Origin: Fastidiosipila sp. | Lineage (GTDB): Bacteria > Bacillota > Clostridia > Saccharofermentanales > DTU023 | DNA length: 64,000 nt | Direction: 5' to 3' | NCBI GenBank assembly: GCA_012511175.1 | Contig: JAAZGO010000010.1 | Coordinates: 5,563 to 69,562, forward strand | Program-made: the position numbers and the translations under genes | Part shown: piece after piece, positions 1-10,373 of the stretch | Position numbering within the stretch: the first letter of the stretch is position 1 | Layout of the letters: each line of letters opens with the position of its first letter | The notes under the pieces: generated by a model | The model's database searches: none | What the model was told of the DNA's origin: nothing | Seen by the model: only the letters and a program-made list of their open reading frames with translations

Positions 1-180
1 GCGACGACAACGGCCATCATTGCCATGCTGGAACCTGTGACCAGTGTGCTTTTCGGTGCCCTTCTCCTGAAGGAGCCGGTGACCCCTCTCAACTGGGCAG
101 GTTTTCTTTTAATTATGGCAGGAGTTTTTATGGTCTCCTTCTTTACCGCCAGGGCCATGCGCCCGGGAAGGAAGGACTGA
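1..180 (+). CDS. EamA/DMT-family transporter, C-terminal fragment (5' end outside window)
   Basis: Frame 1 is open from the window edge to TGA at 178-180. The translation ...IAMLEPVTSVLFGALLLKEPVTPLNWAGFLLIMAGVFMVSFF... looks like the last TM pair of an EamA domain. Confidence 0.5.
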   Translation, partial: ATTTAIIAMLEPVTSVLFGALLLKEPVTPLNWAGFLLIMAGVFMVSFFTARAMRPGRKD

Positions 181-241
181 ATAGCTGCTTTGCCGGCAGC
201 AGGTTTTTGCGCTATGGTGACAGTTGTGTATATGGGGGCCT

Positions 242-961
242 ATGGAAACAGTCTATCTTCTTGTCGTTATCTTCATCGCCTATCTGGTTCAGTCCGTTAC
301 CGGTTTCGGAGGCGCCCTGCTTTCCTTACCCATTACCATCCTGCTGATCGGTTTCGATAACGCGCGTGTTCTGGCGACTGTGCTTTCGCTATTCACAGGC
401 TTGCTGGTCTCTTTGCGCTGCCGCAAGCAGATCAACCGGGGGAAATTGCTTGAAATCCTGATCGTCATGGCAGTTGGAACAGCGTCCGGCATGCTGCTGG
501 ACCGTGTACTGGAGGTTCCCCTCCTGATCACGGTCTATGGGATCGTTACGGTTATCCTGGCGCTTGCTGGCTTTCTGCCAAGGAAAAGCGCAGCGGGTAA
601 ACCTGGCCGGCCGGTTCTTCTTGGAATTCTTCTGCTGGCGGGGCTTATGCAGGGTCTGTTTGTGGCGGGCGGGGCCTTCCTCATGGTTTATGCCATGTAC
701 GAGTTGCCGGAAAAAACAGAGTTTCGGGCTACCTGCTCAGCTGTCTGGGGAGTTTTGAACTGGTTCATGCTGATCAACTACGGTTTGGCCGGGAAAATCA
801 ATGGCGGAAATCTGAAGCTGGTGGGTCTTTGCGTGCCGGTGGTCCTCCTCATGATGGTACTGGCCGAAAAATTGCAGTCAAAAATCAATCAGCGGCTGTT
901 TTCAAAGTTGACCAATGCCCTGCTTCTGGCAACCGGAGTGATTCTATTGGCTGGCAGGTGA
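242..961 (+). CDS. TSUP-family (TauE/SafE-like) anion permease
   Basis: The ORF is 224-961; the likely ATG is at 242 (METVYLLVVIFIAYLVQSVTGFGGALLSLPI). It has multiple hydrophobic helices and the N-terminal G-F-G-G motif typical of TauE/SafE. It is a paralog of the three genes at 10374-12730. Confidence 0.7.
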   Translation: METVYLLVVIFIAYLVQSVTGFGGALLSLPITILLIGFDNARVLATVLSLFTGLLVSLRCRKQINRGKLLEILIVMAVGTASGMLLDRVLEVPLLITVYGIVTVILALAGFLPRKSAAGKPGRPVLLGILLLAGLMQGLFVAGGAFLMVYAMYELPEKTEFRATCSAVWGVLNWFMLINYGLAGKINGGNLKLVGLCVPVVLLMMVLAEKLQSKINQRLFSKLTNALLLATGVILLAGR

Positions 962-1019
962 GGGACTTGTCTTGAGATTTGAACCTGGTCAGCGGATAAT
1001 GAGCGGGAGGACTTCTTCC

Positions 1020-2465
1020 ATGTACGATCTTGCCATCATCGGAGCCGGCGTAGTCGGCTGTGCACTCGCCTATGAACTTTCTTCCCGCGACCTGTCCCTC
1101 GTCCTGATCGAAAAGGAAAACGACGTGGCCATGGGCGCTTCGCGAGCCAATACAGCCATCATTCATGCCGGTTTTGACCCTGCGCCCGAAACCCTGATGG
1201 GGCAGCTGAATGTAGAAGGGATGCGGCGCTGCTACGACCTCTGCGAAGAACTTGATGTGGAGCACAGGAAGACGGGGTCGCTGGTGGTCGCCTTTGACCA
1301 GGAACAGCAGAGAACACTGGACGTCCTCTACCGGCAAGGTATTGTCAACGGCTGTCAGGGACTCGAAATAATCGACGGAGCAGAGGCCCGCCGTCGTGAA
1401 CCCAATCTGTCTCCGGAAATTATCGCTGCTTTGTGGGCACCGGAAGCCGGTGTGATCAATCCCTGGGAATTTGCCCTGGCCATGGCCGAGGTCGCCGTTC
1501 GGAATGGTGTGGTTTTCATGCCCAATACTGAGGTGGTTGGCTTGGAATGGCGCGGCGACCATTATCAGATTACCGCCCCCTCACTGACGGAACCAATCCG
1601 GTCAAGGTATCTTGTCAACGCGGCAGGTGTCAACAGTGACCTCATCCACGAAATGGCGGCGGAACCGGCCTTCCAAATCACCCCGACCCGCGGGGAATAC
1701 TATCTGCTTGACAGGACAGTGGGAACCCTGGTCCAATCCATTATCTTCCACAGTCCGACCGAGCAGGGCAAGGGAGTAACCGTGTCCCCGACCATCCATA
1801 ACAATTTTCTCATCGGCCCCAATTCCGAAGTAATTGAAGACCGGGCCGACACGGGTGTAACAAGGTCGGGTCTAAGCCATATCGGAGAGGTAGCCCTTCG
1901 GATGGTGCCGTCGCTCGATTTGCGATCCAATATCCGGAATTTTGCCGGCGTTCGCGCCAACAGCCCTGAAAATGATTTCTATATCAAGATGTCAGCCGCG
2001 AATTTTCTCGACCTGGCCGCCATCAAGTCCCCCGGCCTGACCTGCGCGCCCGCCATCGCCAGACTTGGGGCCGATCTGCTGGAAAAAACGGGTCTTCCTA
2101 TGAAAAAGAAAACCCATTGGCAGGGTGGCCGGCGGGTCATCCGCTTCAAGGAGATTCCGGAAGAAAAACGTGCGGCCTTCATCAGAGATAATCCGCTTTA
2201 TGGCCGTGTGATTTGCCGTTGCGAAACCATCACTGAGGGTGAAATCATGGCAGCCATGCAGCGGGAAATCCCGCCTGTTTCCATCGATGGCGTCAAACGG
2301 CGGGCCGGGACTGGGATGGGGCGCTGCCAGGGCGGTTTTTGCGGACCGCGGATCCTGGAAATCCTGGCACGTGAAACTAAGCGCAGCCCTCTCTCCATTG
2401 AAGAAGACGGGTCGGGCAGCTTGATTCTGACTTCGGAAACGAAAAAGGGGTGCGATCGTGGCTGA
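1020..2465 (+). CDS. FAD-dependent oxidoreductase, GlpA/glycerol-3-phosphate dehydrogenase-like, with C-terminal BFD-like [2Fe-2S] domain
   Basis: The start MYDLAIIGAGVVGCA (dinucleotide-binding GxGxxG) follows the RBS GGGAGGA. The C-terminus has CRCETITEGEI...GMGRCQGGFC, a BFD-like Cys motif. The gene sits at the head of the oxidoreductase-DUF1667-glpK module. Confidence 0.75.
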   Translation: MYDLAIIGAGVVGCALAYELSSRDLSLVLIEKENDVAMGASRANTAIIHAGFDPAPETLMGQLNVEGMRRCYDLCEELDVEHRKTGSLVVAFDQEQQRTLDVLYRQGIVNGCQGLEIIDGAEARRREPNLSPEIIAALWAPEAGVINPWEFALAMAEVAVRNGVVFMPNTEVVGLEWRGDHYQITAPSLTEPIRSRYLVNAAGVNSDLIHEMAAEPAFQITPTRGEYYLLDRTVGTLVQSIIFHSPTEQGKGVTVSPTIHNNFLIGPNSEVIEDRADTGVTRSGLSHIGEVALRMVPSLDLRSNIRNFAGVRANSPENDFYIKMSAANFLDLAAIKSPGLTCAPAIARLGADLLEKTGLPMKKKTHWQGGRRVIRFKEIPEEKRAAFIRDNPLYGRVICRCETITEGEIMAAMQREIPPVSIDGVKRRAGTGMGRCQGGFCGPRILEILARETKRSPLSIEEDGSGSLILTSETKKGCDRG

Positions 2466-3744
2466 TCCTTATCAAATGCTGGTCATCGGAGGCGGCCCGG
2501 CAGGACTGGGGGCTGCAATCAGCGCGAAAGAAAACGGGCTTTCCCGCATCCTGGTCGTTGAGCGGGACCTGGAATTGGGCGGCATCCTGAATCAATGCGT
2601 ACACAATGGTTTTGGTCTTCACTACTTCGGCGAGGAGCTGACAGGGCCTGAATATGCGGGCCGAATGACCGGCAGGCTGGAAGGCTCGGGCATCGAAATC
2701 CTTTGCGACACCATGGTTTTATCCATTCACCCCGGTCAGGATGTCCACCGTGTCTGCCTGATGAGCGCCTGCAGTGGATACCGTTGTCTGGACACAGAGA
2801 CCATCGTCCTGGCCATGGGCTGCCGGGAGCGGACCCGGGGGGCAATAGGGATTCCGGGAACGCGTGCAGCGGGCATTCTGACAGCCGGAACCGCGCAACG
2901 CTACGTCAACATGGAAGGTTACATGGTAGGAAAGCGTGTCATTGTCCTCGGATCAGGCGATATCGGCCTCATCATGGCAAGGCGGATGACCCTGGAGGGT
3001 GCAAAGGTGCTGGCATGTGTCGAGATCATGCCCTTCTCAGGCGGCCTTGCCCGTAACATTGTCCAGTGCCTCGACGACTATGGGATTCCGCTCCTTTTGT
3101 CTCACACCATTACTGAAATTGGGGGCAGAAGCCGTGTCGAGCGGGTAACCGTCCAGCAGGTCGACGCCTCCTTGCAACCGGTTGAGGGCACGGAGCGTTA
3201 CTTTGATGTCGATACGGTTCTCCTGTCGGTTGGCCTGATTCCGGAAAATGAACTGACGCGGGAAGCAGGGATCGCCATGGATCCCAGAACCGGGGGACCG
3301 CTCGTCTTCGAGAACAAGGAAACGTCAATCCGGGGGATCTTTGCCTGCGGTAACGTCCTCCAAGTCCATGATCTGGTCGACTATGTGACGGAGGAAAGTG
3401 AAGAAGCAGGAAAGGCTGCAGCCGCCTATGTCCTGGGGAAAGCGACTGCCGCATTTGCCCCTCCGGCTGACAGAATCATTGATGTAACCCCCGGCAAGGG
3501 AATTGCCTGCGTCATTCCCCAGAAAATCCGCCTGGATCGGCTTGAAGAAAAAATCCGGTTCTTTTTCCGTGTTTCTGAACCCAGCAAAACCCCCAAGCGG
3601 GTGATGCTGGGGGATGGGGAGCGGGTGGCCGCCTCTTTCAGGCGGCCCTGGATGGCGCCGGGCGAGATGGAGCATATCAAGGTCGATCGGAGCACACTTC
3701 AGGAGATGCAGGGGGAAATCCTGCTCCTGACGATTGAGGACTGA
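2458..3744 (+). CDS. NAD(P)/FAD-dependent (pyridine nucleotide-disulfide type) oxidoreductase, partner of the GlpA-like protein
   Basis: The GTG start overlaps the upstream stop. There are two Rossmann motifs: VIGGGPAGLGAA and VLGSGDIGLIMA. Confidence 0.75.
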   Translation: MADPYQMLVIGGGPAGLGAAISAKENGLSRILVVERDLELGGILNQCVHNGFGLHYFGEELTGPEYAGRMTGRLEGSGIEILCDTMVLSIHPGQDVHRVCLMSACSGYRCLDTETIVLAMGCRERTRGAIGIPGTRAAGILTAGTAQRYVNMEGYMVGKRVIVLGSGDIGLIMARRMTLEGAKVLACVEIMPFSGGLARNIVQCLDDYGIPLLLSHTITEIGGRSRVERVTVQQVDASLQPVEGTERYFDVDTVLLSVGLIPENELTREAGIAMDPRTGGPLVFENKETSIRGIFACGNVLQVHDLVDYVTEESEEAGKAAAAYVLGKATAAFAPPADRIIDVTPGKGIACVIPQKIRLDRLEEKIRFFFRVSEPSKTPKRVMLGDGERVAASFRRPWMAPGEMEHIKVDRSTLQEMQGEILLLTIED

Positions 3745-3756
3745 GAGGGTCAGCTT

Positions 3757-4107
3757 GTGGTAAAAGAATTGATTTGCATTGTTTGCCCGCAAGGCTGCCA
3801 CCTGACGGTCGAAGAAGAAAAAGAATATCAGGTGTCGGGGCACCGGTGCGCGAGGGGAGTCGCCTACGGCAGGAGCGAGGCCATGAATCCAACCCGCGTC
3901 CTGACCTCAACGGTTTGCGTCAGGAGTGCCAGGCATCCCCGCTGTCCGGTCAAAACCAGCCAGCCGATCCCAAAAAAGGATCTGTTCCGGGCCATGGCGC
4001 TGCTGGATGACATTGTGCTTGACCTGCCGGTGCACCGGGGGGATGTGGTGGTCAAAAATATCCTGGGGCATCCGGCCGACATCATCGCGACAAGGGATAT
4101 TACTTAA
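3757..4107 (+). CDS. DUF1667 domain protein (Cys-rich small subunit of the GlpA-like module)
   Basis: 116 aa. The N-terminal [14 protein letters not shown] motif and the position directly after the two oxidoreductases are typical of the three-gene module. Confidence 0.7.
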   Translation: MVKELICIVCPQGCHLTVEEEKEYQVSGHRCARGVAYGRSEAMNPTRVLTSTVCVRSARHPRCPVKTSQPIPKKDLFRAMALLDDIVLDLPVHRGDVVVKNILGHPADIIATRDIT

Positions 4108-4124
4108 AACGGAAGGGGCAGAAG

Positions 4125-5615
4125 ATGGCAGGCTATGTGATGGCTTTGGACGCGGGAACAACCAGCAACCGATGCATTCTGTTCAATGAGCAGGGCCGGG
4201 TCTGTTCAGTCGCACAAAAAGAATTCAGTCAGATCTATCCCAAACCCGGCTGGGTCGAGCACGACGCCAATGAAATATGGTCCACCCAGCTGGGCGTGGC
4301 GGTCGAGGCCATGAACAAAGTAGACGTCCGGGCGGAGGATATCGCCGCGATTGGGATCACCAACCAGCGGGAAACCACAGTGCTTTGGGATAAAAACACA
4401 GGTGAACCTGTCTGTAAGGCCATCGTCTGGCAATGCCGGCGGACAGCGGATGAATGTGACCGGCTCAAGGCAGAGGGGCTGACCGGTCTTTTTCGTGAAA
4501 AAACCGGACTGGTCATTGATGCCTATTTCAGCGCGACAAAGATCAAATGGATCCTTGATCATGTTCCCGGCGTCCGGGAAAAGGCAGAGCGCGGCGATAT
4601 CTTGTTCGGAACCATCGACACCTGGCTGATCTGGCGGCTGACCCGGGGCAGGGTTCATGTGACTGACTACTCCAATGCGTCACGCACCATGCTGTTTAAC
4701 ATCCGGGACCTGAAATGGGATGATGAGCTGCTGCGCATCCTGGACATTCCTCCGCAGATCCTGCCGCAGGTCCGTCCCTCGAGCAGCATGTACGGCCTGA
4801 CCGATCCTTCTTTCCTTGGCGGATCCATCGCCATTTCAGGCGCTGCCGGCGACCAACAGGCTGCCCTGTTTGGGGAAGCTTGCTTTTCGGCGGGCGAGGC
4901 TAAGAATACATACGGTACCGGCTGCTTTCTGCTGATGAACACGGGGGAAAAACCAGTATTCAGTGAAAAAGGACTGGTGACCACCATTGCCTGGGGGGCT
5001 GATGGAAAACTGATCTATGCTCTGGAGGGTTCCATCTTTATTGCGGGGGCAGCCATCCAGTGGCTGCGTGATGAGCTTCATCTGATCAAGACGGCGGAGG
5101 AGTCGGAATTGCTGGCGCTGCAGGTCGAGGATACGCAAGGCTGTTATGTGGTACCCGCTTTTTCGGGTCTGGGGGCACCTTACTGGGATCAGTACGCAAG
5201 GGGGACGATCGTCGGCCTCACCCGCGGTGTCAACAACCGGCACCTGGTCCGGGCGACCCTGGAATCGATCGCCTACCAGGTTGAGGATGTGCTGCAGGTC
5301 ATGCAGGAGGACTCAGGGATTCAGCTTCGAGCGCTCAAGGCAGACGGCGGAGCCGCCAACAACAACTTCCTGATGCAATTTCAAGCCGATCTGACAGGAG
5401 TATCTGTTATGCGGCCCGCCTGTGTGGAGACTACGGCCCTGGGCGCAGCCTATCTGGCCGGTCTGGCGGCTGATTTCTGGTCAGATATCGGTGAGCTTGA
5501 AAGGAACTGGAAAATGGACCGGGCCTTCGAGCCAGCCATGTCCGAAGCCGACCGCCAGCGCAAGCTTGCCGGCTGGAGAAAAGCCGTGCCACGTTCCTTC
5601 GGCTGGGAAGCCTGA
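4125..5615 (+). CDS. glpK: glycerol kinase
   Basis: 496 aa. [15 protein letters not shown]...[11 protein letters not shown]...[12 protein letters not shown] is a full-length FGGY-family glycerol kinase signature. The RBS is GGAAGGGG. Confidence 0.95.
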   Translation: MAGYVMALDAGTTSNRCILFNEQGRVCSVAQKEFSQIYPKPGWVEHDANEIWSTQLGVAVEAMNKVDVRAEDIAAIGITNQRETTVLWDKNTGEPVCKAIVWQCRRTADECDRLKAEGLTGLFREKTGLVIDAYFSATKIKWILDHVPGVREKAERGDILFGTIDTWLIWRLTRGRVHVTDYSNASRTMLFNIRDLKWDDELLRILDIPPQILPQVRPSSSMYGLTDPSFLGGSIAISGAAGDQQAALFGEACFSAGEAKNTYGTGCFLLMNTGEKPVFSEKGLVTTIAWGADGKLIYALEGSIFIAGAAIQWLRDELHLIKTAEESELLALQVEDTQGCYVVPAFSGLGAPYWDQYARGTIVGLTRGVNNRHLVRATLESIAYQVEDVLQVMQEDSGIQLRALKADGGAANNNFLMQFQADLTGVSVMRPACVETTALGAAYLAGLAADFWSDIGELERNWKMDRAFEPAMSEADRQRKLAGWRKAVPRSFGWEA

Positions 5616-5698
5616 ATCAGTTTACGTCAAAACCGTCTCTTTACGGTATAATGCGCTTATGTCACCGGGCATCCGCCCGGGGTACGGAGAGGTGTCCA

Positions 5699-6484
5699 AT
5701 GAATTTTTTCCAGCATTTTTTTTATGGCGTCGAAAGAGCTGAGGATGTCGACGTCCCGCTTCCCTTGAAGATAGCGCTTATGGCGCTGTGGATCGGGGTC
5801 ATGGTTCTGATCGTCGTCTACCGCAGGCAGCTTGCGGCACAAAAGAATCCGGGCCTTATCGCGAAGATTGTTGCCCTTTTTCTTTTAGCCGACCAGGTCG
5901 TCCTCTATCTTTGGCAGTTTCTGTCCGGCTACTTTAATGTGGAGCTGAGTCTGCCGCTCTATCACTGCCGGATTTGCGTATGGCTTCTCATTTTGGATCT
6001 GGTCTTTGGAATGAAAGCACTCCGGACCATCTGGATCTATTGGGCCATTATCGGTTCCTTCTTCTCCATGGCCATCATGGATCTTTACAAGTTTGATTTT
6101 CCCCACTACACCAATTTTCAGTTCTTCTATGTCCACATCACCCTGGGCTGGATCGTATTTTATGCCATCTATGCGCTGGGGTACAGGTTCGACAAAAAGG
6201 GTCTGAAGACTGCCTTGATCGCGACCACTGTCTATAATCTGGGTCTTATCCTTTTCAACGCCGCCTGTAACGGAACATTCATCACAACGGGAGACATGTT
6301 GTTCGATTACGGCTACATGTCTTATGCTCCCGGCGGCTTGAAGGATTTTACCCTGTCTTTCCCGCCTTTTACCTTCAACCTGCTCATGCTCATTGGCTAC
6401 GATCTGCTGATTCTGCTCCTCTACCTGGGCGGGCGCGCTCTGAACAGGATCAGTGACCGCAACGGCCTTGAGGAAAAGGCATGA
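5699..6484 (+). CDS. integral membrane protein, YwaF/TIGR02206-like
   Basis: The ATG at 5699 follows the RBS GGAGAGG; the longer ORF from 5651 looks non-coding. The protein is polytopic and carries an LPLYHCRI motif resembling the conserved PLhlC of the YwaF family. Confidence 0.5.
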   Translation: MNFFQHFFYGVERAEDVDVPLPLKIALMALWIGVMVLIVVYRRQLAAQKNPGLIAKIVALFLLADQVVLYLWQFLSGYFNVELSLPLYHCRICVWLLILDLVFGMKALRTIWIYWAIIGSFFSMAIMDLYKFDFPHYTNFQFFYVHITLGWIVFYAIYALGYRFDKKGLKTALIATTVYNLGLILFNAACNGTFITTGDMLFDYGYMSYAPGGLKDFTLSFPPFTFNLLMLIGYDLLILLLYLGGRALNRISDRNGLEEKA

Positions 6485-7206
6485 GGGAAACGATGTTCAT
6501 GCCGGAAAAGCCCGTCCAAATACCCGAATATCCGGATCTGAAGCGCAAGGGTGCCCTGCCTGCTTATTTGAAGTATTTCTGGCGCGATCTGGTTCTGCTC
6601 ATGGTCTTTCTTGCTTCCATGGGGATCATGCAGCTGCTCAATTATCCGATTGGGACTGTTCGAAGCCTTGAAATTCCCTTTGACAGCAAGATCCCCCTCT
6701 GGCCCTGGACTGCGCTGATCTACAACAGTTGGGCGCCGCTGATCGCGGGTCTCGCATTTTTCTATCTGCTCCGGGACCGGGCGCTTTACCGGCGCTATCT
6801 GATTACCATGATTCTGGGCCAGTTGATGGCCGACGCTACTTTCCCTTTTTTCCAGACCAGAGTTCCTGTGCCCTACGAAAAAGTGTACGGAGCCACAGAT
6901 ATTTTCTCAAAAATCCTGGCCATTACCTACCGGGCTGACAACAACTATTGTGGCTTCCCTTCCATTCATGTGATCCTTTGTACGCTGACTATTATTTTCA
7001 TCTGGAAGCTGGAAGCCGCCAAACCGTGGTTCAAGATCCTGGTCAGCCTCTATTTCACCGCCGTGGCCATCACCACGGTGACGACCAAGCAACACGTGGT
7101 ACTTGACATTCCCGGCGGGATCCTTTACGCACTGGTCGCCGTTCCCCTGGCGCTCCCCCTGAGCCGCTGGGTGGTCCGCCGTTGCTATAAAGACCCATTC
7201 AGGTAA
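6481..7206 (+). CDS. PAP2-superfamily (phosphatidic acid phosphatase / sphingomyelin-synthase-like) membrane protein
   Basis: An ATGA start/stop overlap links it to the upstream gene. Motifs FPSIHV and TKQHVVLDIPGG match the PAP2 C2/C3 His/Asp motifs. It has several TM helices. Confidence 0.6.
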   Translation: MRETMFMPEKPVQIPEYPDLKRKGALPAYLKYFWRDLVLLMVFLASMGIMQLLNYPIGTVRSLEIPFDSKIPLWPWTALIYNSWAPLIAGLAFFYLLRDRALYRRYLITMILGQLMADATFPFFQTRVPVPYEKVYGATDIFSKILAITYRADNNYCGFPSIHVILCTLTIIFIWKLEAAKPWFKILVSLYFTAVAITTVTTKQHVVLDIPGGILYALVAVPLALPLSRWVVRRCYKDPFR

Positions 7207-7303
7207 AACGTTCCTTTGATACGTTGCCAGAAAAATTCATCGTTTATGATAACCGGGAGCTGATACAGGCTCAGAATACGTCAAATGAAATGAAGGCAGA
7301 AAC

Positions 7304-7957
7304 ATGAGATATCGCCCCGCGCTCCTGGCAGCCATCCTGTGCGGCGCCCTGCTGACAGGTGTGTTTGCCCTTACCGGATGTCAATCCGCAGGACAGCCTG
7401 CGCCGTCAGCAACGGCACGGCCCCCTGAGACGACAGCGGAGACCCTTGAAGAGATCTTCAGCCGGGAACTTCTTGTAAAAGAGAATGCAAAATCCGAAAC
7501 AGAAATCGAACCTGGGCTGTACAGTCTTACCGCCACCGGGGGAGAGGGCTTCTTTCGGCTGGTAGTTCCCGGCCAGGAGGAAAGTTTGATTAGGGAATTG
7601 CACTTTGAACAGATGGCCTGGGTGGAAGTCAAGGCAGGTGAACTGCTTAAGGTTAAGGGATCCAACCTGGAAACATTTGAAGAACGGGAGCTACTGGGTC
7701 CCTCCTCGTCGCGCCTGAACAACGGGTTTTTCCTGGTGGGAATGGATATTTGCCCGGGGACCCTGGCCGTACAGTCTGTTGGAAGGGTTGGTGAGGATGG
7801 AACTCGGCCTGTCTGCGCAGTATTCGACAACGCACACGATATGTCCCAAGGGCCGGTCCGCAGTTATGATTTTGATTTTTCTCTTATCTATATTGAGGTG
7901 GAGGAAGGCGAGTTTCTCTATCTTCACAATGCGGAGGCTTACGTTCCACCTACCTGA
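7304..7957 (+). CDS. hypothetical lipoprotein
   Basis: There is a signal peptide with a lipobox (LLTGVFALTGC). I recognise no other domain. Confidence 0.5.
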   Translation: MRYRPALLAAILCGALLTGVFALTGCQSAGQPAPSATARPPETTAETLEEIFSRELLVKENAKSETEIEPGLYSLTATGGEGFFRLVVPGQEESLIRELHFEQMAWVEVKAGELLKVKGSNLETFEERELLGPSSSRLNNGFFLVGMDICPGTLAVQSVGRVGEDGTRPVCAVFDNAHDMSQGPVRSYDFDFSLIYIEVEEGEFLYLHNAEAYVPPT

Positions 7958-8000
7958 ATGTACTCAAGTGTGACCGGGTCGTAGACACCGGAAGGGAAAA

Positions 8001-8630
8001 ATGAGAATCAGTTGCAAAACACTAATGACAGTATTGCTGGCAGTCGCGCTCTGCCTCGCCGCGGGCTGCAAGCGGAATGAAAAGGAAGAAGATATCATGG
8101 CAGATTTGGTCGCGGACGGCTACGTCATGGCACAGGAACCGACGGAATATGTTGACTTGCTGATGGACACCGGCCAACATATCGTGATCCAGCTTGACAG
8201 GGATTCAGCGCCTGTCACGGTCGCCAATTTCCAGAAACTTGTCGGGGAATCTTTCTATGACGGTGTTATTTTTCACCGTATCATCGAGGGCTTCATGATT
8301 CAGGGAGGCGACCCGACCGGAACAGGGCGCGGTGGGTCCGAAGAGCCCATCAAAGGTGAGTTTTTATCGAACGGGGTTGACAACCGGCTGTCTCATGAAC
8401 GTGGTGTTGTTTCAATGGCCCGGACGCCTTTTCCCGATTCAGCGAGTTCTCAGTTTTTCATCTGCCATGGTGACAGTCAGTTCCTGGACGGCGACTACGC
8501 CGCTTTCGGCCGAGTCGTTTTCGGCATGGAGGAAATTGACCGGATGGCCTTGTTGGCAACGGGACCCGCCGACTTTCCGCAAATACCACCCGTAATGGAG
8601 CGGGTCTTTTTCGTTAAGCCCCGGCCCTGA
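8001..8630 (+). CDS. peptidyl-prolyl cis-trans isomerase, cyclophilin type (lipoprotein)
   Basis: The lipobox is LAAGC. The cyclophilin core is FHRIIEGFMIQGGDPTGTGRGG...SQFFI. Confidence 0.9.
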   Translation: MRISCKTLMTVLLAVALCLAAGCKRNEKEEDIMADLVADGYVMAQEPTEYVDLLMDTGQHIVIQLDRDSAPVTVANFQKLVGESFYDGVIFHRIIEGFMIQGGDPTGTGRGGSEEPIKGEFLSNGVDNRLSHERGVVSMARTPFPDSASSQFFICHGDSQFLDGDYAAFGRVVFGMEEIDRMALLATGPADFPQIPPVMERVFFVKPRP

Positions 8631-9650
8631 TCAGCGGCGCCAGCGGGCCGGATAAACGTCGCCCGGTTCCAGCTGGACCAGTTCATCGACCGTGACGAAA
8701 GTGAAGCCGTGCTCAATCAACTGGGGCAGTGCGCGGATGAATCCTTCGACAGTCGTTTCATGGATGTCGTGCAGCAGGATAATTTTTCCTTTTTGGGTAT
8801 GGTTGAGCAGGTAATTGCAAACATAGTTGACGTTTTTATTGCTCTTCTTCCAGTCAGCGGGATCGATATCCCAGAAGATCGTAGCCATCCCCTGCTCCCC
8901 TGCCTCAACGTAAACCGCCTCGCTCCCGTAGCCGCCCGGAGGACGCATAATGGTAGGCCTGGAACCCGTAACTCTTTCAATAGCGTCGCTCGTTGACATC
9001 AGCTGGCTTCTCCGGACATCACTGCTGACCTGTGAGAGAAACTTGTGGGAGTAGGTGTGATTGCCGATCTGGTGACCTTCCGCGTGCATGCGCTGGATCA
9101 GGTCAGGCCGGCTCTCAACGAATTGGCCCTGGACGAAGAATGTTACTTTAATGCCGTATTCTTGCAAGGCGTCGAGCAGCTGTCCTGTATATTTGCCAGG
9201 CCCGTCATCGAAGGTGATGGCGACAGCGCCGGGGGCCGATAAACTGACCGGTCGTGCCGTTGTCAGGGGATTCGTCTGCTTGCTCTCAGTCGTTTTGGGT
9301 TTGGTTATCTTAATGGTCGTGGTTGGGGTGGTTTTTCGCGTTTTTTTTGAAATGTCAAGCGAAGGCAAGGTACTTGTTGATATCCCGGAAGTTTTGCGGG
9401 GGGTGGTTGTTTGACTTGGCGACGTGTTCGTAGTGTGACTTTGCGGACTGGTGCTGGTTGCGCCCGGAGAAGGTTCCCGCGTCATAGCCGGGGCTGGAAC
9501 GGACTTTGTTACGGTGCAACCACTGGTCGCGATTGCCAAGGCGATGGCACCCAATAGAGACAGGATGACTGCAATTGCGAGGAAAACCGCCAGATGCCTT
9601 GACGTATTGCTGTTTTTCAATTTAAAACTCAACCCAATCTCCCAGGACAT
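8631..9650 (-). CDS. polysaccharide deacetylase (NodB-homology) family protein with N-terminal TM anchor and T/S/P/K-rich linker
   Basis: NodB motifs are present: VAITFDDGP, GNHTYSH and MRPPGG. The start is taken at the ATG at 9650 (MSWEIG...), just before the TM segment. The ORF extends to 9776, but that extension runs into the maf upstream region. Confidence 0.8.
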   Translation of the reverse strand: MSWEIGLSFKLKNSNTSRHLAVFLAIAVILSLLGAIALAIATSGCTVTKSVPAPAMTREPSPGATSTSPQSHTTNTSPSQTTTPRKTSGISTSTLPSLDISKKTRKTTPTTTIKITKPKTTESKQTNPLTTARPVSLSAPGAVAITFDDGPGKYTGQLLDALQEYGIKVTFFVQGQFVESRPDLIQRMHAEGHQIGNHTYSHKFLSQVSSDVRRSQLMSTSDAIERVTGSRPTIMRPPGGYGSEAVYVEAGEQGMATIFWDIDPADWKKSNKNVNYVCNYLLNHTQKGKIILLHDIHETTVEGFIRALPQLIEHGFTFVTVDELVQLEPGDVYPARWRR

Positions 9651-9734
9651 TGTCCCCGGATTTATTGGTCTTATTTTATCATGAAAGACCAAGTCGAATC
9701 CTTTACGTATAATGCAAATCAGGGAGGAATCCAG

Positions 9735-10331
9735 ATGAGACTGATACTGGCAAGCCGATCGCCCAGACGGAGGCAACTCCTGTCCATGGCAGGGATATCC
9801 TTTGAAACTGCCCCTTCGAATTTTGATGAGGAATCACTTGCGGGGGTTTTAAAAAATGACGGGTCGGGCATTTCCGAGCGCGCCCTCGCCGAGCGACTGG
9901 CCCTGGCCAAAGCCCGCGCCGTCCTGCCTTCCTACCCGGAAGATCTCATCCTGGCCGCGGACACGATTGTCACCCTGGACGGTGCCCTGTTCGGAAAGCC
10001 GAAAGATAGGGCCGAAGCCCGCAAGATGTTGCGGACACTTGCCGGACAAACACATCGGGTCGATACGGGGGTCGCTCTTATTTCATCTTTAAAAGAAGAA
10101 GTTTTCTCTACGCGCTCTGAGGTAACTTTCCGGCCGCTTTCTTCCGTCATCGAAGCTTTGATTGACGACTATGTCAGAACAGACTTACCGCTCGACAAAG
10201 CGGGCGGCTACGGAATTCAGGAGCTGGGCGGTCTTTTAATCGAGCGCATTGAGGGCGACTTCTTTTCGGTCATGGGGCTTCCGATCGGCCTGGTCTATGA
10301 ACGCTTGCAGGCCTACAGGATTCAGCCCTGA
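9735..10331 (+). CDS. maf: Maf-like nucleoside triphosphate pyrophosphatase
   Basis: MRLILASRSPRRRQLL...ADTIV...GGYGIQ. The ATG at 9735 is preceded by AGGGAGGA. Confidence 0.9.
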   Translation: MRLILASRSPRRRQLLSMAGISFETAPSNFDEESLAGVLKNDGSGISERALAERLALAKARAVLPSYPEDLILAADTIVTLDGALFGKPKDRAEARKMLRTLAGQTHRVDTGVALISSLKEEVFSTRSEVTFRPLSSVIEALIDDYVRTDLPLDKAGGYGIQELGGLLIERIEGDFFSVMGLPIGLVYERLQAYRIQP

Positions 10332-10373
10332 CCAAAGATGAAATACACAGGATGCCGGATGGTATCTCGCGAA

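Noticed and set aside
885-1562. 225-aa minus-strand ORF inside the GlpA-like gene
   Set aside because: It lies antisense to a gene with clear FAD-oxidoreductase motifs. It is an Arg/Gly/Pro-rich shadow ORF, typical of GC-rich coding DNA, with no recognisable motif.
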